From the NCBI RefSeq assembly GCF_002482975.1, contig NZ_DLHA01000050.1, forward strand, positions 254,546 to 318,545: DNA of 64,000 nucleotides, in the 5' to 3' direction. How positions within the stretch are numbered: position 1 is the stretch's first letter; the number at the start of each line of letters is the position of its first letter. This stretch comes from Flavobacterium sp. UBA7680. Lineage in GTDB: Bacteria > Bacteroidota > Bacteroidia > Flavobacteriales > Flavobacteriaceae. Positions 46,383 through 55,469 of this stretch are shown piece after piece. A model generated the notes under the pieces. That model saw only the letters and a list, made by a program, of their open reading frames with translations. It made no database searches and was not told the origin of the DNA. Made by a program: the position numbers and the translations under genes.

Positions 46383-48059
46383 ATGGGAGAAACTCAAGTA
46401 AAAACTGCGCATCCAAAAGGACTTTGGGTATTGTTTGGGACGGAGATGTGGGAGAGATTCAATTTTTATGGAATGCGAGCTTTATTAACTTTATTTCTTG
46501 TGAATTCATTATTAATGAAGGAAGAAGAAGCGTCTTTAATTTATGGAGGTTTCCTTGGACTTTGTTACTTAACTCCAATGTTAGGAGGTTTTATTGCCGA
46601 TCGTTTTTTAGGAAACAGAAATTGTATCCTTTTAGGTGGATTATTAATGGCAATTGGTCAAATGTTATTGTTTACCAGTGGTAGTGTTTTTGAGTCTAAT
46701 CTGGAAATGGCAAAAGCTATTATGTACTGCGGATTAGGTGTAATTGTTTTTGGTAACGGATTCTTCAAACCAAACATTTCTAGTATGGTTGGAAGTTTGT
46801 ATCCAAAACAAGAAAAAACTAAACTGGATACAGCTTTTACTATTTTCTACATGGGAATTAATATTGGTGCTTTCTTAGGCCAATCTATTTGTCCTTTATT
46901 AGGAGACGTAAAAGATGCTGGAGGAATTAGAGATATCCATGCTTTTAGATGGGGATTCATGGCGGCTTCTGGCGCAATGCTTATCGGAACTATTCTTTTC
47001 TATTTCCTGAAAAATAAATATGTGGTTTCTCCGGAAGGAAGACCATTAGGAGGTTTGCCTTCTAAAAATGTTGCAGAAGATTTTGAAGAGGGAGAAGCTC
47101 AAAAAGCTAATTTTTCTAGTAAAGCCTTGGTTATTGCGGGGCTTGGATTTGTTGCTTTAGGATTCTTTTTTCATTATGTTGTAGGTCAGAATTTAATTTA
47201 CACCTTGATATATTCGAGCGGTATAGCTTTGGCGGGATTAATTATTTCTGATACTTCTTTAACTAAAATTGAAAGAGACAGAATTATTGTAATTTACATC
47301 GTTTCGTTCTTTATTATTTTCTTTTGGGCTGCATTTGAGCAGGCAGGTTCTTCATTAACCTTTATTGCAGATAATCAAACCGACAGACATTTCTTTGGCT
47401 ACCTAATGCCGCCGTCAATGGTTCAAATTTTTAATGGACTTTTTGTAGTTGTAATGGCAGTTCCTTTTAGTATTCTTTGGGATACTTTAAGAGCAAAAGA
47501 CAAAGAACCAATTTCACCAGTAAAATTAGCAGCCGGATTAGTAATTATTTCAATTAGTTTCTTCATGATTGCGACTCAGGTTTCATTCATTGGAACTTCA
47601 GGATTATTACTTGTAAAATGGTTAATCTTATTATATTTCTTAAATACGTGTGCAGAGTTATGTTTATCTCCAATTGGTTTGTCACTAGTTGGTAAATTAT
47701 CTCCAAAACGTTTTGCTTCATTATTGTACGGAGTGTTTTTCTTATCAAACGCATCTGGTTATGCATTAGGAGGGACTTTAGGTTCTATCCTTCCTGCAAC
47801 TGGTGATAAATTTGCAAAAGCAAAAGAATTAGGAATTGATCTTCAAGCTGTCCTTGACAAAAAAATTACACCAACTGCAGAGCAATTAGCTTTATTAGAT
47901 AAACATCAAATTAGTGATCACAATCCTATTTTCGCAGGATTTGAAATTCACAACCTATATGAGTTCTTTATGGTATTTGTTGTTCTTACGGGTATCGCGG
48001 CAATTGTATTATTTGCTTTGACTCCATTGTTGAAAAAAATGATGCACGGAGTAAGATAG
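46383..48059 (+). CDS. POT/PTR2-family di/tripeptide:H+ symporter
   Basis: It has ERFNFYGMRALL, GGFIADRFLG and FTIFYMGINIGAF PTR2 signatures. I chose the ATG at 46383 over the track's GTG at 46374. Confidence 0.85.
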   Translation: MGETQVKTAHPKGLWVLFGTEMWERFNFYGMRALLTLFLVNSLLMKEEEASLIYGGFLGLCYLTPMLGGFIADRFLGNRNCILLGGLLMAIGQMLLFTSGSVFESNLEMAKAIMYCGLGVIVFGNGFFKPNISSMVGSLYPKQEKTKLDTAFTIFYMGINIGAFLGQSICPLLGDVKDAGGIRDIHAFRWGFMAASGAMLIGTILFYFLKNKYVVSPEGRPLGGLPSKNVAEDFEEGEAQKANFSSKALVIAGLGFVALGFFFHYVVGQNLIYTLIYSSGIALAGLIISDTSLTKIERDRIIVIYIVSFFIIFFWAAFEQAGSSLTFIADNQTDRHFFGYLMPPSMVQIFNGLFVVVMAVPFSILWDTLRAKDKEPISPVKLAAGLVIISISFFMIATQVSFIGTSGLLLVKWLILLYFLNTCAELCLSPIGLSLVGKLSPKRFASLLYGVFFLSNASGYALGGTLGSILPATGDKFAKAKELGIDLQAVLDKKITPTAEQLALLDKHQISDHNPIFAGFEIHNLYEFFMVFVVLTGIAAIVLFALTPLLKKMMHGVR

Positions 48060-48060
48060 T

Positions 48061-49545
48061 ATGGAACATAAAATCACTTTAGAGGAAATTCAAAATTTTA
48101 AAGGCAAGTACCCAAAACAATTGTGGTACTTGTTTTTAGTTGAAATGTGGGAACGTTTTTGTTTCTACGGAATGAGAGGAGTTTTAGCTTTTTTTATGGT
48201 TGACCAATTAGGTTTACTTGAAGGAAAAGCAAATTTACAATACGGAGCCATTCAGGCTTTTGTCTATGCATTTACTTTTATTGGAGGTATTTTTGCAGAT
48301 AAAATTTTAGGATTTAAAAAATCACTTCTTTTTGGAGGAATCGTAATGATTTTGGGGAATTTGCTGATTGCAGCTTCTCCGCATGATTTCTTTTATTACG
48401 GAATAACACTTTCTATTATCGGGACAGGTTTCTTTAAGCCAAACGTTTCTTCGATGGTTGGTGAGTTGTATCATGAAAATGATGGACGCCGTGATGCAGG
48501 TTACGGGTTGTTTTACGCGGGAATTAATATTGGCGGAATGCTTGGTGGTGCAATTCCTATTTACTTAGGAAAGAACTATTCATGGAGCCTTTGTTTTCTT
48601 TCTGCGGCAATTGTTATGATTATTGGTGTAATTACTTTTCTTTTAACGAAAAAGCATTTAGCACCAATTGGAAATTCTCCATTAGAAAATCACGCGCCTA
48701 AAAAACGTAATTTATACGAAATTGCGGTTTATGTTGGTTCTTTTGTTGTTATTCCATTAGTATATATAATGGTTATCAACTCTGACTTTACAGAGTATTT
48801 TATGTACACTATGGGAATAGTTGCATTAGGATATTTTGCATATGAGTTGATAATGTTAAAGGATGGAAAGCAACAGCGAAAACTTTTAGCTGCATTTGTA
48901 TTTATTTTTGGATATTTTATGTTTATGGCAATCTCTGAGCAATCAGGAGGATCTTTGTCTTTGTTCGCAAAAGATAATTTATCTAACAAGATGTTGTTTT
49001 TTCATATTGATCCAAATGTCGTAAATAATAGTATCAACTCATTGTATGTTGTTATTTTTAGTCCATTGCTAGGGTTTTTATGGATGTTTATGGCCAAGCG
49101 AAGAATTGAACCAAATACTGTTATTAAGTTTGGTTTGTCATTTGTTTTGCTGGCTGCAGGATTCTTTATTTTTTACTGTGCCAGATTTTTTCTAGCTGCA
49201 GACGGATTAAGTTCTCTGGATGTCTTTGCTTTAGGATATCTTGTATATACTCTTGGAGAATTATGTATTGGCCCAATCGGAATGTCGGTAATTACGAAAT
49301 TATCACCTAAACGATTATTTGGAATGATGATGGGACTATGGTTCCTTTCAAGCGCATTTGGACAATTTGCTGCTGGAAAATTAGGAGCTGAAATGTCTGA
49401 TGCAAATACAGGAACAACATTAATGTCTAAGCTTATCGCTTATACAGATGGATATTATCAACTTGCATTGTATTCTCTTATTGCGGGTGTTGCATTAATT
49501 GTTTTGACTCCGTTAATTAGAAGGTTAATGCAAGAAGTAAAATAA
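48061..49545 (+). CDS. POT/PTR2-family di/tripeptide:H+ symporter (second paralog)
   Basis: It has ERFCFYGMRGVL, GGIFADKILG and LFYAGINIGGM signatures. It starts 1 nt after the previous stop. Confidence 0.85.
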   Translation: MEHKITLEEIQNFKGKYPKQLWYLFLVEMWERFCFYGMRGVLAFFMVDQLGLLEGKANLQYGAIQAFVYAFTFIGGIFADKILGFKKSLLFGGIVMILGNLLIAASPHDFFYYGITLSIIGTGFFKPNVSSMVGELYHENDGRRDAGYGLFYAGINIGGMLGGAIPIYLGKNYSWSLCFLSAAIVMIIGVITFLLTKKHLAPIGNSPLENHAPKKRNLYEIAVYVGSFVVIPLVYIMVINSDFTEYFMYTMGIVALGYFAYELIMLKDGKQQRKLLAAFVFIFGYFMFMAISEQSGGSLSLFAKDNLSNKMLFFHIDPNVVNNSINSLYVVIFSPLLGFLWMFMAKRRIEPNTVIKFGLSFVLLAAGFFIFYCARFFLAADGLSSLDVFALGYLVYTLGELCIGPIGMSVITKLSPKRLFGMMMGLWFLSSAFGQFAAGKLGAEMSDANTGTTLMSKLIAYTDGYYQLALYSLIAGVALIVLTPLIRRLMQEVK

Positions 49546-49571
49546 ATAGATTTTCCAATTCATTTTTTATT

Positions 49572-49579
49572 TAAATTTG
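49572..49579 (+). promoter_or_regulatory. Possible -7 box (TAAATTTG) for the first thioredoxin-like gene
   Basis: It matches TAnnTTTG and ends 17 nt upstream of the ATG at 49597. No clear -33 element is present. Confidence 0.3.
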
Positions 49580-49596
49580 CAAAAAAATAACATGTT

Positions 49597-50064
49597 ATGA
49601 AAAGAATATTACTAATAGCCTTTTTTATAGTTGGAGCATTTGCAACTCAGGCTCAGGAACTAAAATGGTATACTGATGTTAAAGAAGCAATCACAGTAAG
49701 TAATAAGGAACAAAAACCGATGTTGTTGTTCTTTACAGGAAGCGACTGGTGCGGATGGTGTATTCGTTTACAAAATGAAGTTTTAAAAACTCCGGAATTT
49801 AAAAAATGGGCTGCAGATAATGTTGTTTTAGTAGAATTGGATTATCCAAGAGCTGTACCTCAAACGCCAGAGCTTAAAAATCAAAATAATGAACTACAGC
49901 AGGCTTTTGGAATCCAGGGATTTCCAACTGTATTTTTTACAAGCGCACAAACAAAAGATGGAAAAGTTAATTTTACAGGTCTTGGTAGAACAGGATATGT
50001 TGCCGGAGGTCCATCGGCTTGGTTAACAGTTGCAGACGGAATTGTTCATCCTAAAAAGTCTTAA
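49597..50064 (+). CDS. Secreted thioredoxin-fold protein with WCGWC active site
   Basis: It has a signal peptide (AFATQAQ), a CXXC at codons 52-55 (nt 49750..49761) and a cis-Pro loop GFPT. 155 aa. Confidence 0.75.
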   Translation: MKRILLIAFFIVGAFATQAQELKWYTDVKEAITVSNKEQKPMLLFFTGSDWCGWCIRLQNEVLKTPEFKKWAADNVVLVELDYPRAVPQTPELKNQNNELQQAFGIQGFPTVFFTSAQTKDGKVNFTGLGRTGYVAGGPSAWLTVADGIVHPKKS

Positions 50065-50096
50065 AAAGCTTAATTTTTTAAATCAAGATTATATAT

Positions 50097-50129
50097 AAAA
50101 CTCCTTACAGTAATGTAAGGAGTTTTTTT
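50097..50129 (+). terminator. Rho-independent terminator
   Basis: The stem aaaactccttaca/tgtaaggagtttt closes a gtaa loop, followed by a T-run. Confidence 0.8.
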
Positions 50130-50292
50130 GTTTAGTAGGAAAAGATTTTCATTTGTTAAGACTGAATTATTATTTCAATATTTATTTATAAAGAAAAAAA
50201 TATATAATGTAATTTTTGGCTTAATATAATTTGGATAATTAAAATATTATGTTAATTTCGTCATGCTATACTAACCAAAACCAATATCTAAT

Positions 50293-50745
50293 ATGACTAA
50301 AAAATTACTTATCCTACTGTTTTTTTTAGGTTCATTTTTCATGCACGCACAAACGCTTGCATGGCGAACAAACATGACTGATGCAATTGCAATTAGTAAT
50401 GAAGAAAGAAAACCCATGTTAATTTTATTCACTGCCTCAGGTGTACCAGAAAATCTTCAGAACGAAGTATTTAAAACCCCAGACTTTGCAGTTTGGTCGC
50501 GTGATAATGTGATTCTTGTAAAATTAGATTTATCAGACGCTACAGCTTCAGATGGAGATAAAGAACAAAACATTAAATTAAAAAATGCTTTTGGAGTTGA
50601 TGATTTACCGCAAGTATGCTACGCAATGGCTTCGATAAGAAAAAACAAAACAACTTTTAGCGCTCTTGGTAAAATTGCATACAAACCGGGAGGTGCAAAA
50701 GCATGGATTGCAGAATCAAATAATATTCTGCATCCGAGTGAGTAA
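50293..50745 (+). CDS. Secreted thioredoxin-fold paralog lacking CXXC
   Basis: It aligns with the 49597 gene along its whole length, but FTASGVPENLQNEV replaces FTGSDWCGWCIRLQNEV. It has a signal peptide. 150 aa. Confidence 0.65.
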   Translation: MTKKLLILLFFLGSFFMHAQTLAWRTNMTDAIAISNEERKPMLILFTASGVPENLQNEVFKTPDFAVWSRDNVILVKLDLSDATASDGDKEQNIKLKNAFGVDDLPQVCYAMASIRKNKTTFSALGKIAYKPGGAKAWIAESNNILHPSE

Positions 50746-50780
50746 TAATTTAAATTAAGTTTCTTAGTTTAATTTGTAGA

Positions 50781-50817
50781 ATCCCTTTTCAACATAGTTG
50801 AAAAGGGATATTTTTTT
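50781..50817 (+). terminator. Rho-independent terminator
   Basis: The stem atcccttttc/gaaaagggat closes a 9-nt loop, followed by a T-run. Confidence 0.8.
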
Positions 50818-51010
50818 AAACAAGTTAAAATGTGAATTGTACATTTAATATTTTAAGACCATAAATTTTTCATTTTTTTCAAATAAAGAATCTTAAATAA
50901 TTAAATTCATTTTAATGCACTTTTTTTGTAACTATTTGTTTTAATGGAGATTGTTGGCAATAGGTTTTGTGTTAATTTAGTTTTATTAACCAGCCAAAAA
51001 CCAATAAACT

Positions 51011-51460
51011 ATGACCCGAAAACTACTTATCCTGCTATTTTTTTTAATAACATGTTTTGCTGAATCGCAAAATTTAGAATGGAAAACGAGTGTGGTTGAT
51101 GCCATTACCTTAAGTAATGAAGAAAGAAAACCACTATTGATTTTTTTTACTGCTGCTAATGCTCCTGAGAATTTACAAAATGAAGTTTTTAAAACTTTAG
51201 AATTTGAAAAATGGTCCCGCAGGAACGTTATTTTATTAAAACTCGATTTGTCTGATGCCGCAGTATCGAGTGAAGTCAAAGAGCAGAACATTAAATTAAA
51301 AAATGCATTTGGCGTTGCCAATCTTCCGGAGGTTTGTTATACGACCGGTTCAATTAGAAATGGTAAAACTGCTTTTAATTTATTAGGGAGACTTCCTTAT
51401 AATTCAAATGGAGTAAAAGCTTTTATTTCCGACTCCAATTTGATTTTAAATCCAGAATAA
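51011..51460 (+). CDS. Secreted thioredoxin-fold paralog lacking CXXC (second degenerate copy)
   Basis: By eye it is roughly 60 percent identical to the 50293 gene. It has FTAANAPENLQNEV at the active-site position and a signal peptide. 149 aa. Confidence 0.65.
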   Translation: MTRKLLILLFFLITCFAESQNLEWKTSVVDAITLSNEERKPLLIFFTAANAPENLQNEVFKTLEFEKWSRRNVILLKLDLSDAAVSSEVKEQNIKLKNAFGVANLPEVCYTTGSIRNGKTAFNLLGRLPYNSNGVKAFISDSNLILNPE

Positions 51461-51466
51461 AAAAGA

Positions 51467-53503
51467 TTAGTTTAATCTATAAAATCCCTTTTCGGCAGTA
51501 GCATGAAAAGGGATATTTTTTTTCTCACAGCTCAATTTCCACATTTTTTGAATTGCGTAGGCATTTGTTCCGTCCGCAATAATAATTTTAGGATGTAATT
51601 CGGTTAAAACTCTTTCAAGATTTATTTTAGGAGATTGGGTCAAAATCACAATATCAGGCTGGTTTTTATTTTCATAAATTCCGGTGCTGTCAATTATGGA
51701 TATTTTTTTTCCATTAAAAAACAAGACATTCCCGATTCGCTGCGATTTATTTAAAACACTAAAATTGCCCACTAAATAAGAATTGAAAGCATTGTTTTTT
51801 GAGCTTTTGTCTCTAGTTGTATCGCTCGTAAAAAGTGTAATATTATTGCCAAATCTTTTTGAGATTAAGGTGTTCTTCTTGACATTATAAACAATTAGCT
51901 CTTTTTGATCTGCGGTTTCTTTTTTAGTATAAATGAAAGAAAGCTGTAATAAAATTACTGATACAAACACAAAAGCGAGTTTAGTGTAACTAGGTTTTTT
52001 TGAACAGATTATTGCACTAATTATTACGAAGTAAAGCGTAACCAAATAATAAAAATTAAAACTGATATCCTGAATAACAAATGATTCAAATGATGCGACG
52101 TAATGAATCATTTGGTTTAAAATGAAAATGCTTTTTTCGAAAATGTAAACCAAAATTTCCGGCGGACTTTTAAAGATTGCAAAAAGCATCACAATTATTC
52201 CGGCAATCATGATAAAAGATAAAACGGGAAGAATTATAATATTGGTAACAAAAAACAATCCCGGAAATTGATGAAAATAATAAAGGCATAAAGGTAGAGT
52301 ACCAATTTGTGCCGAAAATGAAACCGTTAAGGAATCCCAGATATAAATTACGATTTTGTTTTTTGGCGACCAGATTTTCTTTAATATCGGCTGAAGCCAA
52401 ACTATAAAATACAACGCTAAATAACTTAATTGAAAACCAACATCAAATAAGAAATAAGGCTCAAAAAGTAATATCAATAAAATGGAAACTAATAAAGTAT
52501 GATAAATATTTCCGCTTCGGCGAAGATGATTTCCAATGGCTACAAAAGAAAACATGACAACCGAACGCAAAACAGATGGAGATAAACCCGATATAACAGC
52601 AAAACCTGCCAACGAAATTAAAATAGAAAATAATTTAATGGCTGAACCTTTTCGGGTATTAGGAATTGGCTTTAAAACAAACATGATAAAAAGCATTATA
52701 AAGCCAACATGCAGCCCTGAAACCGAAAGAACATGCGTTGCTCCAGAATACTGATAATCCTTTATAATATCAGCTGAAATTTCCTGCTGTTGTCCCAAAA
52801 TAAGAGCAAGTGCCACATTCATTTCGTCTTTGTTAAAATGAGCACTTTCCAAATTTTTTAGAATAGTAGCGTGCAGTCGGCCGGAGTAATACCAAATATC
52901 TTTTTTGATGGTTTGGCTGATTTTGATTTCTGATTTTTTGCAATAAACCTGCGCATAAATCTGTTTGTCAGCTAAATATTTAGCATAGTCAAATTGATTT
53001 GGATTTTTACTTGAAGCTGTTTTTTGTAAAGCGGTTTTGACTTTAATTGTATTTCCAATTATTAAGGAATTTTGAGTACTGTCTTTTTGAATATTGACAA
53101 TAATTTTACCTGAATAAATCTTGTTGTCAATGGCATTTATTAGACCGATGTAGCGATCGTTGTAATCGTTGCTTTTAAGTTTCTCCCGTAATGTAAAAGT
53201 TATAAATTGAGGCTTTTCAAAAGCTGTTTGAGAATGCGTATAATTAGATTTATCAAAAGTGTCTGTATGAATAAGCAAAACGTAGATTCCTGTGCAAAAC
53301 GAAATAAGGGCACTACTGATTCCGAAGAATTGATTTGTCTTTTTGTTTTTCTTCGAAAGGAAAAAACTAATGCAAAATAATGCAGTACAAATTCCAAGAG
53401 AAATAAATGAAATTTGAAAGGAAGGCAGACAATAATAAGAAACTAAAATGCCAAAAAGAAAGCTAATTGTAATTTTAGCTAAAGGAAAATCTAATACTTT
53501 CAT
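51467..53503 (-). CDS. comEC: ComEC/Rec2-family membrane protein
   Basis: 678 aa and polytopic. It has an N-terminal DUF4131-like OB region and a competence-domain block YSGATHVLSVSGLHVGFIM. No HxHxDH metallo-beta-lactamase motif is visible in the C-terminal ~150 aa. Confidence 0.8.
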   Translation of the reverse strand: MKVLDFPLAKITISFLFGILVSYYCLPSFQISFISLGICTALFCISFFLSKKNKKTNQFFGISSALISFCTGIYVLLIHTDTFDKSNYTHSQTAFEKPQFITFTLREKLKSNDYNDRYIGLINAIDNKIYSGKIIVNIQKDSTQNSLIIGNTIKVKTALQKTASSKNPNQFDYAKYLADKQIYAQVYCKKSEIKISQTIKKDIWYYSGRLHATILKNLESAHFNKDEMNVALALILGQQQEISADIIKDYQYSGATHVLSVSGLHVGFIMLFIMFVLKPIPNTRKGSAIKLFSILISLAGFAVISGLSPSVLRSVVMFSFVAIGNHLRRSGNIYHTLLVSILLILLFEPYFLFDVGFQLSYLALYFIVWLQPILKKIWSPKNKIVIYIWDSLTVSFSAQIGTLPLCLYYFHQFPGLFFVTNIIILPVLSFIMIAGIIVMLFAIFKSPPEILVYIFEKSIFILNQMIHYVASFESFVIQDISFNFYYLVTLYFVIISAIICSKKPSYTKLAFVFVSVILLQLSFIYTKKETADQKELIVYNVKKNTLISKRFGNNITLFTSDTTRDKSSKNNAFNSYLVGNFSVLNKSQRIGNVLFFNGKKISIIDSTGIYENKNQPDIVILTQSPKINLERVLTELHPKIIIADGTNAYAIQKMWKLSCEKKNIPFHATAEKGFYRLN
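51484..51523 (+). terminator. Rho-independent terminator of the third thioredoxin-like gene, lying inside the comEC 3' coding end
   Basis: The stem atcccttttc 51484..51493 / gaaaagggat 51505..51514 is followed by 8 T at 51516..51523. It has the same arms as the hairpin at 50781. Confidence 0.75.
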
Positions 53504-53548
53504 GGCTTAAAAGTATTAAAAATTTGTAAGAAAATAAATATATTTTAT

Positions 53549-54034
53549 TTATTCGATTACGCGGTTTACTTGTTCGAACGAGTTTTTGTAATAAGCTTCT
53601 TTTGTAGAAGAAATGATTACACCTTTTGAAGTAGAAGAATGTATAAATTTAATTTCATCTGAATTTACTTCCGTAATAAGTCCAACATGATTGATCTGCT
53701 TGCTTTTATTCGTTTTAAAGAAAATCAAATCTCCTTTTTTCGCATCATTTAAGGGAATTACTTTTCCAATTTTTGCCTGTTCAAAAGAACTTCTCGGCAG
53801 TTTTATATTTTCAGATTCGAAAGTGGTGTAAACCAAGCCAGAACAATCGAAACCATTTTTTGTAGTTCCGCCCGCTTTGTATTTAACGCCAATATTATCA
53901 GTCGCAGTTTCAATTAAATTTTTTACAACAGATCTATTTTCTTTTTTCGGTTCGTTTTTGCTCACAGCAGTCGAAGTCGATTTACAAGAAACCAATACGA
54001 TTGATAAAAGAAGGAAAACGAGTATTTTTTTCAA
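53549..54034 (-). CDS. NlpC/P60 (C40) peptidoglycan peptidase lipoprotein
   Basis: It has a lipoprotein signal (LVSCKST), the catalytic Cys block GFDCSGLVYTTF and the His block INHVGLI. Confidence 0.85.
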   Translation of the reverse strand: MKKILVFLLLSIVLVSCKSTSTAVSKNEPKKENRSVVKNLIETATDNIGVKYKAGGTTKNGFDCSGLVYTTFESENIKLPRSSFEQAKIGKVIPLNDAKKGDLIFFKTNKSKQINHVGLITEVNSDEIKFIHSSTSKGVIISSTKEAYYKNSFEQVNRVIE

Positions 54035-54045
54035 AACAGAAATAG

Positions 54046-55161
54046 TTAAGATTTTAAATCGGCAACAATAAGTTTAGCTGTTTTTTTGCTTGCGCCAACT
54101 CCGCCTAGTTTTTGCTCTAAAATATCATAGTTTTTCAGCAGTTTTTCGCGGTGAGAAGGCTCCAATAATTTGTTCAGTTCTTCTTTGATTCGTTTTGTAT
54201 TACATTCACTTTGAATCAGTTCCGTTACAACTTCCTGATCCATAATTAAATTGACAAGCGAAATATATTTTAAAGTAATAATTCGTTTGGCAATTTGATA
54301 CGAGATCGCACTTCCTTTATAACAAACCACTTCGGGAACTTTTAAAAGAGCCGTTTCTAAAGTTGCGGTTCCAGAGGTAACCAACGCTGCAGTTGAAGAA
54401 CGCAACAAATCATAAGTTTTATTCGAAACAAAAGCAATATTTTTGTTTTTAATAAACTGCTGATAAAATTCATAATCCTGGCTTGGCGCTCCGGCAATAA
54501 CAAATTCATAATCCTGAAAATCATCTACAACGCTCAGCATAACACTTAGCATTTTGGTAATTTCCTGTTTACGGCTTCCCGGTAAAACAGCAATAATTGG
54601 TTTTTCGCCTAATTTATACTCTTCTCTAAAAGCAGTTTCATTAAAAGCAGGCTGATTTTGAATAGCATCAATTAAAGGATGCCCAACAAAATCTACAGGG
54701 AAATGATGTTTGTCTTCATAAAAACTTTTTTCAAAAGGCAAGATCACAAACATTCTGTCAACGTCTTGTTTAATAGCGTTGATTCGGTTTTCTTTCCAAG
54801 CCCAGATTTGAGGAGAAATATAATAATGTGTTTTGTAATTCAGTTCTTTAGCCCATTTTGCAATACGCATATTAAAGCCCGGATAATCAATAAAAATTAA
54901 AACATCGGGTTTAAATTCAGAGATATCTTTTTTGCAGATTTTTATGTTGTTTAAAATAGTTTTTAAGTTAAAAATTACTTCAACAAATCCCATAAAAGCC
55001 AATTCGCGATAATGTTTTACCAATGTTCCGCCGGCTTTTTGCATTAAATCACCGCCCCAAAATCTGATGTCAGCCTGAGGATCTTCCTCGTATAATGCTT
55101 TCATTAAATTAGAACCATGTAAATCTCCAGAAGCTTCGCCAGCTATTATGTAATATTTCAT
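54046..55161 (-). CDS. lpxB: Lipid-A-disaccharide synthase
   Basis: It has the N-terminal MKYYIIAGEASGDLHG signature and the later LPGSR. 371 aa. Confidence 0.9.
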   Translation of the reverse strand: MKYYIIAGEASGDLHGSNLMKALYEEDPQADIRFWGGDLMQKAGGTLVKHYRELAFMGFVEVIFNLKTILNNIKICKKDISEFKPDVLIFIDYPGFNMRIAKWAKELNYKTHYYISPQIWAWKENRINAIKQDVDRMFVILPFEKSFYEDKHHFPVDFVGHPLIDAIQNQPAFNETAFREEYKLGEKPIIAVLPGSRKQEITKMLSVMLSVVDDFQDYEFVIAGAPSQDYEFYQQFIKNKNIAFVSNKTYDLLRSSTAALVTSGTATLETALLKVPEVVCYKGSAISYQIAKRIITLKYISLVNLIMDQEVVTELIQSECNTKRIKEELNKLLEPSHREKLLKNYDILEQKLGGVGASKKTAKLIVADLKS

Positions 55162-55196
55162 ATCAACGAATTTTTATTGCAGCACAAAGATAGGAT

Positions 55197-55469
55197 TTAA
55201 ATAATTATGGTCGAAATTGCTAAAACAATCACGGCTAAAATCACGCCTCGAGCCATCATTTCTTTGTTTCTTTTTAAGAGAATTAAAAAAACTGGAAGAT
55301 CTAAAACAGCTCCAATTGTAATCACTTTTCCTAAATATCCCATTTCTCTAATAGTTTGAATTCCGGCTGGAAGGTCAAATTTTGTAAAAAATTTGATAAA
55401 CAAATAACTTCCAAGAAGCGAAGTAAAAATTCCAACAATAAATCCGATTACGAGTTCTTTTTTATCCAT
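55197..55469 (-). CDS. Small integral membrane protein, unknown function
   Basis: 90 aa with three hydrophobic helices. Its start overlaps the surE stop by 8 nt. Confidence 0.45.
   Translation of the reverse strand: MDKKELVIGFIVGIFTSLLGSYLFIKFFTKFDLPAGIQTIREMGYLGKVITIGAVLDLPVFLILLKRNKEMMARGVILAVIVLAISTIII

Noticed and set aside
50249-50296. 15-codon upstream ORF (MLISSCYTNQNQYLI) whose TGA overlaps the ATG of the second thioredoxin-like gene
   Set aside because: The homologous upstream sequence of the third paralog has no ATG and stops after four codons. The uORF is therefore not conserved even within the duplicated unit.
50986-51321. 111-aa antisense ORF opposite the third thioredoxin-like gene
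   Set aside because: The sense frame aligns with two paralogs and has its own signal peptide and terminator. The antisense product has no recognisable features and extends into the upstream non-coding region.
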